Below, piece after piece: positions 57,472-64,000 of a stretch of DNA of 64,000 nucleotides (positions within the stretch are counted from its first letter, which is position 1; every line of letters starts with the position of its first letter). The stretch covers positions 124,001 to 188,000 of the IMG/VR virus record IMGVR_UViG_3300042289_000986. One strand, given 5' to 3'. Below the pieces are notes generated by a model, which had not been told where the DNA came from, searched no databases, and saw only the letters and a list, made by a program, of their open reading frames with translations. The translations under genes and the position numbers were made by a program.

Positions 57472-60456
57472 TTAGATAGTTATAATATAAGAAGTTGCCG
57501 ATCCAAACGGAATTAAAGGTGTGAAATAATACACTCTATAATTAGTTGGAAAAAGATTGTTTGCAGCAGATACGCTGACTGTTGTTTGTGTAAATGTAGT
57601 TTTTACATCGCTTTGAAGCGGTGGATAGAAAATTGTAGTTACTGCTTGAAGAGATGCAGGATATGCAAGTATGACTCTGTTTGCTCCTGCTGGAACATTT
57701 ATAGTGAATTGACTTCCATTTTGAGGGTTTAAAAGATTTTGAGTTAAAGCTCTTACTTGTGGTGAAGTTGTTGGTACAAAATTTTGAACATCGGCCCCAA
57801 AAAATGCTCTTCTTCTACCGTTTAAAGTCATGGATGTCGATACACTATTTTCTGGATCTGGAGTTAGATATATATTATTTCTACTATCGTATGGCTGATC
57901 ACCTTGTCCATAATTACAGGTAACATTATAAACGTTTGATCCATCTAAAATAATTGCTTGAGCAGATGTAGTTGTAAATGTAGAATTTGTTGTATTTGTT
58001 GCGGAGCTAAAAGCAACATAACTCGTTGCTGGACCCGTTCTAAAATTCTGAAACGTATTTGGTTCCCATATACTATTAACAGTTTTACCAACAATTTGTC
58101 CGCGAGTATAATTTAATGTTAATTGAACTGATGTTGTTCCTATTTCTACGTTTGTTCCATTACCACCATGATTACTTGTAACTGTTAACGTTCTGTTTGT
58201 AAAAGTTGGATAATAAATTTTTGTTAAAAGTGCTTGAACAAATTGTTGAAAAGTTGTTCCTGCATTAAAAACCTGTGCAGCAGTTATTGCACCCACAGAC
58301 AAATCACTTGTTACGGTAGATGTTAATTTTCCTAAATTTGACCAATCCGAACTTAATCCAGTAGCCAATGAATATATTGAACTCCAACTGGCACTGTTTG
58401 TATTAACTGTTGTATTTAAGCTAATAATATTAGAACTATTATTGTTTACAAAAGTCCTTGCTGCTAAATCCAAACCACTATTTTGATTCAAAGTCGTATA
58501 AGAACTATTCCAATTTGCAGATAAACTAAAAACAGTATTATAAACACTATTATCGGCACTAGTAGTTTGTACAAAATTTTGAACTTCTAATAAGTTTCCA
58601 CTATTTTGATTCCACGTAGTATAAGCACTATCCCAGTTCGCACTAGTATTATTAGTGACAGAATTTACGGCTAAAATATTTGAACTATTACTGTTTACAA
58701 AAGTCCTTGCTGCTAAATCCAAACTACTATTTTGATTCCAAGTAGTATAAACACTGTTCCAATTTGTTGATAATGAACAAACAGTATTATAAACACTATT
58801 GTTAGCACTTGTAGTTTGTACAAAATTTTCAACTGCTTTTAAATTTGAACTAAGATTATTCCAGCTACTATAAACACTATCCCAATTTCCACTTGTGGTG
58901 TTAACTTTAGTGTTAACATTAATAATATTTGAACTGTTTGTGTTTACAAAAGTCCTTGCTGCTAAATCTAAACCACTATTTTGATTCCAAGTAGTAAAAG
59001 AACTATTCCAGTTAGCACTAGTGTTGTTAGTGACAGAATTTACTTGTAATATATTTGAACTGTTTGTGTTTACAAAAGTCCTTGCTGCTAAATCTAAACC
59101 ACTATTTTGATTCCACGTAGTATAAGCACTATCCCAGTTCGCACTTGTTGAGTTTACTTTAGTGTTAACATTAATAATATTTGAACTATTACTGTTTACA
59201 AAACTTCTTGCGGCTAAATCAAATGCACTGTTAGAATTCCAGCTACTATAAACACTATCCCAATTTCCACTCGTTTGAATGACTTTACTATTAACTTGTA
59301 AAGAATTTGAACTATTATTGTTTACAAAACTTCTTGCGGCTAAATTCAAACCACTATTTTGATTCCAAGTAGTATAAACACTGTCCCAGTTCGCACTCGT
59401 TTGATTGACTTTACTATTAACTTGTAAAGAATTTGCGCTGTTATTATTAACAAAAGTTCTTGCGGCTAAATCAAATGCACTATTAGAATTCCAGCTACTA
59501 TAAACACTATTCCAGTTGGCACTAGTATTGTTAGTAAGTGAATTTACTTGTAATATGTTTGAACTATTTGATAAAACAAAACTTACGATTTCATTTTGAT
59601 CTTCTTCGTTTGCACTAGTTTGATTAATATATGAATAAACACTATTCCATAAATTGGAATTTCCACCTAAAGCATAGATGACATTTGTTGAGCTTAAAAT
59701 TGCACTAGTAGAAAGATTACCAATTAAATAACCCCCACTTAGTGGCAAATATCCAGTAACAATATTGACTAAATTACCACCTGCTGCATAAGATGCTGAA
59801 TTTGCTAAAAGATTTGTATAAGCTTGTTGCCAAAACGATGAGTTACTACGAGTTGTACTATAAACAGAATTCCAAATAGCAGCACTGACTGTTGAAAGAT
59901 TAACATAAAATGAAGAACTTTTGGAAATGTTTGTAAATGATTGATTCCAATTTTCATAATTTGAAAGAACTTGTTGTGAAGTAAAAATCCAGTTTGCGGA
60001 GTTGGTTATTACTAAATTTCCAACAGGTCCAAATTTTAAAATTTTATTTGCAGTGTCAACATAAAATGCATCCTGTGCAGCACTAACTAAAGATAAATCA
60101 CTTTGGTTGGCTTTTAATGCCAAAGCTGTAATTTGTGCTAAAGAAAGAGGCTTATTTAAATCACTGGTATTATCAACTTGATCTAAACCAATTTCATCTT
60201 TAGTTATGATTACATGACCAATTTTTCCATTAACACTAAAAACAAAACCACCTTGATTTATGTTTATTGTTTCGTTTATATTTAAATCCGTTGGATTAAT
60301 TGAAACGTTTGGTGAAGAAATAGAACTAACGTTTATTATAGATGTATCAATACCATCATTTACATTTACAGATTGATTGGTTGTATTTGGGTTTGCATTT
60401 ATTACAACCAAATCTGTAGATGATGGATTAACATTTACTATAATTGAATCACTCAT
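57472..60456 (-). CDS. Very long fibre protein with NW(N/D)SVY repeats
   Basis: SVNGKIG.V...IGLDQVDNTSDLNKP fibre motif; YLPLSGG; repeats; shared C-terminal domain. Confidence 0.8.
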   Translation of the reverse strand: MSDSIIVNVNPSSTDLVVINANPNTTNQSVNVNDGIDTSIINVSSISSPNVSINPTDLNINETININQGGFVFSVNGKIGHVIITKDEIGLDQVDNTSDLNKPLSLAQITALALKANQSDLSLVSAAQDAFYVDTANKILKFGPVGNLVITNSANWIFTSQQVLSNYENWNQSFTNISKSSSFYVNLSTVSAAIWNSVYSTTRSNSSFWQQAYTNLLANSASYAAGGNLVNIVTGYLPLSGGYLIGNLSTSAILSSTNVIYALGGNSNLWNSVYSYINQTSANEEDQNEIVSFVLSNSSNILQVNSLTNNTSANWNSVYSSWNSNSAFDLAARTFVNNNSANSLQVNSKVNQTSANWDSVYTTWNQNSGLNLAARSFVNNNSSNSLQVNSKVIQTSGNWDSVYSSWNSNSAFDLAARSFVNSNSSNIINVNTKVNSTSANWDSAYTTWNQNSGLDLAARTFVNTNSSNILQVNSVTNNTSANWNSSFTTWNQNSGLDLAARTFVNTNSSNIINVNTKVNTTSGNWDSVYSSWNNLSSNLKAVENFVQTTSANNSVYNTVCSLSTNWNSVYTTWNQNSSLDLAARTFVNSNSSNILAVNSVTNNTSANWDSAYTTWNQNSGNLLEVQNFVQTTSADNSVYNTVFSLSANWNSSYTTLNQNSGLDLAARTFVNNNSSNIISLNTTVNTNSASWSSIYSLATGLSSDWSNLGKLTSTVTSDLSVGAITAAQVFNAGTTFQQFVQALLTKIYYPTFTNRTLTVTSNHGGNGTNVEIGTTSVQLTLNYTRGQIVGKTVNSIWEPNTFQNFRTGPATSYVAFSSATNTTNSTFTTTSAQAIILDGSNVYNVTCNYGQGDQPYDSRNNIYLTPDPENSVSTSMTLNGRRRAFFGADVQNFVPTTSPQVRALTQNLLNPQNGSQFTINVPAGANRVILAYPASLQAVTTIFYPPLQSDVKTTFTQTTVSVSAANNLFPTNYRVYYFTPLIPFGSATSYIITI
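58380..59660 (-). repeat. Higher-order repeat of three 14-aa subunits (126 bp)
   Basis: SANWDSVYTTWNQNSGLDLAARTFVNTNSSNILQVNSVTNNT-like units; boundaries approximate. Confidence 0.85.
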
Positions 60457-60842
60457 TGTGGAATAGGCGAATGTTCAGGTATTTGTGTCATTACCTCCCA
60501 ATAATTTTGAGGAAGATTTGAAACAATTGGCCAATGACCCATGAGATATGTTTTTACTTCATTGTTTTGTAATTTTAATCGAATACGCCATTTATACAAA
60601 TCAACAGGAATGTTTACCGTGGTGGCTGGAACTGATATTGTTCCATTTAATGGGTTTGTTATTAAAACACCGCTATTTGAAGAATTTAATGAAAAAACAA
60701 CAGGACTGTCAATTGATCTTAAAACTTCCATTTCAACAAATGCATTTGTAAGATTTAATGCAGAGTTGTTTCTTTGAAAAGTTATACTGTTAATACCTTC
60801 CCAAGTATCACCAGTTATGTGTGGCGGAATATCATAAGTCAT
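60453..60842 (-). CDS. BppU-N-like Ig-fold adaptor protein
   Basis: GDTW...ALNLTNA.V.M.V...NGTI.V...YKW.I.L......KTYL.G; TAAGTA at 60854-49. Confidence 0.6.
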   Translation of the reverse strand: MTYDIPPHITGDTWEGINSITFQRNNSALNLTNAFVEMEVLRSIDSPVVFSLNSSNSGVLITNPLNGTISVPATTVNIPVDLYKWRIRLKLQNNEVKTYLMGHWPIVSNLPQNYWEVMTQIPEHSPIPQ

Positions 60843-60876
60843 ATTCTATACTTATGATTTTAAACTGTATATTTGA

Positions 60877-62745
60877 TTAGCTTGCTGTAGGAATTGTAGG
60901 AGTTTCTGATGCTGCCGTTTCTGGTGCTGCTGTTTCTCCTCCACCTTCCGTTCCAGCTTCTGCTTCAGGGGTTTCTGCTGCTTCTCCACCGCCAGTTTCA
61001 CCAAATTCTGGTATTTCGGATGCACTTGTTCCACCACCACCAGAATCAAGTCCACCGCCTTCTGTAGATGCATCTTCTGCTGCTTGAATGTGTTCTCTCC
61101 AATTTGGACCTGTTGTTGCAATTTGTTCCAATTCCCATTTCAATGCTGCATCCTTTCTTAACCATTCCATATTTTCACTTATACGAGAATCATTATATTC
61201 CAGATAATGTCTTTGAGCAAAAGTTTTTGATATAGATTCGTTTTGACACATATCATTGAAAATTTTGAATTTTAATTCAAATTCTTGATTTTTGCGAATA
61301 GCAAAGAAGTTTGATGGTGGATTAAATTCTAAATTAAAGTAAGATTCGTGAAGTTTGTAATCTTTCCACCAGTTTCTTATTTTTAAATGTGTAATAAATG
61401 CGTTTTTAATTCCTTCTGCAAATTGACTTTGTAAACGGACAATAAATTTTGCAAAACGGAGTTCCTCTCTTAAAATTTCTGCACCATCTTTGTAACCTTC
61501 TTCAGGATTTAATCTGGTTAAAGGAACTTTTAAACTTTTATAAAGTTTATTGACAAAATACATCAAGTCTTTAAGCTCTCCAAGGTTTTGTCCACCTTGC
61601 ATTAACTCTACGTCTGATCCTTGTTCTCCAGAACGCTTGGCAAACCAATATGAGTCTAACATTGATTGTGGATCATATATATTTGCTGCTCCCGATTGTC
61701 CCTTATTACTATCGTAAGATTTTTTATTCCAATAAGATTGCATTAACTGGCGCAAATATGCTTCTGCTTTTGCTGGTGGCATATTTCCGACATCAATTTT
61801 GAATTTTAATCTTTCAGGGGCACGAACCATTCTATAAATAACAATAGAGTCTTCAATCAAAGAAAGTTGTTTATATGCTCTTCTTGCGTTTTCAATAAAA
61901 GGAACTCGCATCGTCATATCCTCATTCCATAAACCAGAATTTACATATGTTACTTGGTTTCCTTGAAACGTCACAATTTGTTGTTGTAAAGCATTTGCTG
62001 GAGTTGGTGGTTGGAAGTTGGATTGGCTTAATTGGGCCGCTGGATTTTGTTGTAAACTAATTGGTTTTTGAAAAACAAAATTTTGTACAACGTTGTTTTG
62101 AACATTATCATATACCGGATTTATTAATTCAGAAGGAACACTCAAAACACCAATAATACCAAGTTCTTTTTTTGCTTCATGGATAATATTTTCAAAAAAT
62201 ACTTCTCCTTCTACTAATAATTGACGACAATATCCCCAACCTTTATTTTCAAAATCAAAAACATTTACGAACTTGTAAAATTCTTTTTCGAGTTCGCTTC
62301 TTTCTTTATTTTCTAATTTAGAAAAACTAGAAAATTGAATTTTTATAACTTTTCCATTTTCATCTTTATTGACAAATTCATCACAAATTTCATCTAAACA
62401 ATCGCCAACTTCAGCATAAGCTGCCATTCTTCTATATTCAGCCAATCTTCTTGTCTTATCAGTATCTACTTGGGCATAAATGTATTTGTGATAAGCTTGA
62501 TCTGAAACAAAACTATTTGGACTATATGAGTCACCAACATCCTTCATATAAGGACCTGTGATGACAGATTGTTGCATCAACCTTAGTTCTTTTCTTTTAG
62601 AAAGACGGTCAAATAATTCATATCTTGGATTATTAACGTCAGCTTCTATTGTTTGTTGAACATAAGGAAGTTTTGATAAAATTGAAGAAACAAAACTTCT
62701 ACCAGTATCTGGTTGACGGTTACTTGTTTGGAAAAAATCTGCCAT
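60877..62745 (-). CDS. 20: Portal protein, gp20-like
   Basis: EYRRMA, QLSLIEDSIVIYRMVRAPER, IDVGNMP..KAEAYL, SMLDSYWF, GGQNLGE, LYKSLKVP..RL, REELRFAKF. Confidence 0.97.
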   Translation of the reverse strand: MADFFQTSNRQPDTGRSFVSSILSKLPYVQQTIEADVNNPRYELFDRLSKRKELRLMQQSVITGPYMKDVGDSYSPNSFVSDQAYHKYIYAQVDTDKTRRLAEYRRMAAYAEVGDCLDEICDEFVNKDENGKVIKIQFSSFSKLENKERSELEKEFYKFVNVFDFENKGWGYCRQLLVEGEVFFENIIHEAKKELGIIGVLSVPSELINPVYDNVQNNVVQNFVFQKPISLQQNPAAQLSQSNFQPPTPANALQQQIVTFQGNQVTYVNSGLWNEDMTMRVPFIENARRAYKQLSLIEDSIVIYRMVRAPERLKFKIDVGNMPPAKAEAYLRQLMQSYWNKKSYDSNKGQSGAANIYDPQSMLDSYWFAKRSGEQGSDVELMQGGQNLGELKDLMYFVNKLYKSLKVPLTRLNPEEGYKDGAEILREELRFAKFIVRLQSQFAEGIKNAFITHLKIRNWWKDYKLHESYFNLEFNPPSNFFAIRKNQEFELKFKIFNDMCQNESISKTFAQRHYLEYNDSRISENMEWLRKDAALKWELEQIATTGPNWREHIQAAEDASTEGGGLDSGGGGTSASEIPEFGETGGGEAAETPEAEAGTEGGGETAAPETAASETPTIPTAS

Positions 62746-62821
62746 GATTATATTATATTTAGTCTGACTTATAAGTAATCAATGTTTTTTGTTTATTAAA
62801 GAATAAGTATTCAAAATTAGC

Positions 62822-63367
62822 ATGGCAAACACTTATATTCACACATTACCAGATGTTTTAGCAACTGATCCTAATGCATATACTATTTTAGATTATGAAA
62901 ATCAATTTGAAGAATATGTAACAGCAAAAGTTACTCTTGCATCTTTAGCTAATTTTACAAACAATACATTTTTAAATAGTACACCATATTTAAATAGTCT
63001 TTCTGCTACAACATACGTAGAAAACAATAGCGCAAACATTCAAGGAATTTCAAATGTCGTAAATTCGTTTAGTTCAAACAGTATTAATGTTAATACTTTT
63101 GTTAATAGTAATAGTTCAAATATACAATCTGTTTATACTCATTATAATTCACAAAGTGCTAATTTTGCGACTAGAAACTATGTCAATGGCGGGTTTTTAC
63201 CGCTGTCTGGTGGAGATGTTATTGGTGAATTGTTTGCTACACAATATGGAGTAGGAAACACAGTAATTGTCGATGGAACGTTGGGTACGGTTGTTAGAAA
63301 AATGCAAATATTTGATATAAATGGCGCTTCTATAGGATTTATCCCAATTTATAATTCTATAACTTAA
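62822..63367 (+). CDS. Short fibre-like protein
   Basis: NSANIQ/NSSNIQSVY repeats, FLPLSGG; TAAGTA at 62804-09. Confidence 0.7.
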   Translation: MANTYIHTLPDVLATDPNAYTILDYENQFEEYVTAKVTLASLANFTNNTFLNSTPYLNSLSATTYVENNSANIQGISNVVNSFSSNSINVNTFVNSNSSNIQSVYTHYNSQSANFATRNYVNGGFLPLSGGDVIGELFATQYGVGNTVIVDGTLGTVVRKMQIFDINGASIGFIPIYNSIT

Positions 63368-63921
63368 ACCAAATAAGAAATTGTTATTTGTTGGTTTGTA
63401 TCTGAAGTTAAAATAAATTTATTATCAGAAGCAACTAAAACAAATTCAACCATAAAATCCAACGGATCAATAACTTGGACACCGGAAACACATGGAAGCT
63501 GTATATCTACTGCTCCAACAAATGAACTAACAAACGGGACACGACTATCTCTACTAAGTTTACCATATCCTGCTTCGTTTTCTATAATAATATCAAAAAA
63601 ACCATCTCTCTTTGGGGTTTGCGGTATTGTAAATGCTAGATATTTTTCTTTATAAATATAAAAAGGAACTTTAATTCCTTCAAACGGTAAATTTGATGCA
63701 GATAAGTTTTTAACAGCAGAAAAAGGATTCCAAATAGTTGTTCCTTCAAACATAACTTCATTATCAGGAACTAAATACACTGCTCTTATATCAAAAAAAT
63801 TATTACCTTTAACTAAAATGTTAAAATTTTGAACAGATGTCAAAAGCGGGTTAGTAACTACAAATTTATAAGGCTTAACATCGGTAATTTTTGGTTTTCC
63901 GTGAATAAAAAAGCGATCCAT
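63364..63921 (-). CDS. IPT/TIG-like Ig-domain structural protein
   Basis: PKITDVKP, ILVKGNNF, FTIP, DIIIENEAGY; TAAGTA at 63936-31. Confidence 0.6.
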   Translation of the reverse strand: MDRFFIHGKPKITDVKPYKFVVTNPLLTSVQNFNILVKGNNFFDIRAVYLVPDNEVMFEGTTIWNPFSAVKNLSASNLPFEGIKVPFYIYKEKYLAFTIPQTPKRDGFFDIIIENEAGYGKLSRDSRVPFVSSFVGAVDIQLPCVSGVQVIDPLDFMVEFVLVASDNKFILTSDTNQQITISYLV

Positions 63922-64000
63922 TGTTAATATTACTTATTAAAGATCTATTTGTTTTTATTTAAAGAAATAAATAAGTATAGTCTAAGTATATTTGAATGAG

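Noticed and set aside
53600-59660. Regular 42-bp periodicity resembling a CRISPR array
   Set aside because: The units are in-frame coding repeats without unique spacers, and there are no cas genes in the window.
60852-61121. Gln-rich 89-aa ORF overlapping the portal 3' end
   Set aside because: It is an alternative frame of the low-complexity acidic portal tail; no start signal or slippery site was identified.
1-64000. Stop-codon reassignment
   Set aside because: Core genes (gp43, gp41, gp46, gp20) are full length and densely packed in the standard code.

Overview
A 64-kb, very AT-rich fragment of a large T4-like myophage genome in the standard genetic code. No rRNA, tRNA, CRISPR array or transposase was seen. 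All family calls come from motifs read by eye, not database searches. From left to right it contains: (i) a split baseplate spike locus; (ii) a minus-strand replication/recombination block (gp45, gp32, gp59, DHH protein, gp41, UvsX, ThyX, gp43, gp46, gp47, gp55, UvsW, UvsY), with a 9.2-kb, 12-gene glycan-synthesis cassette inserted between gp47 and gp46; (iii) a plus-strand mixed block (GIY-YIG nuclease, lysis cassette, kinase, primase, gp62, GroES, gp15); (iv) a ~22-kb fibre/appendage region around the portal gene. The most interesting signals are: a run of fibre genes whose C-terminal and next-gene N-terminal domains recur in matched pairs (a possible daisy-chained fibre assembled in gene order); BclA-like Thr-rich collagen/C1q proteins flanking a TPR-GT2 plus GT9-like pair (a possible phage-encoded virion glycosylation system, with ~15 glyco-enzymes in the window); and promoter motifs sitting mostly 5-8 nt from start codons with no Shine-Dalgarno (possible leaderless expression).
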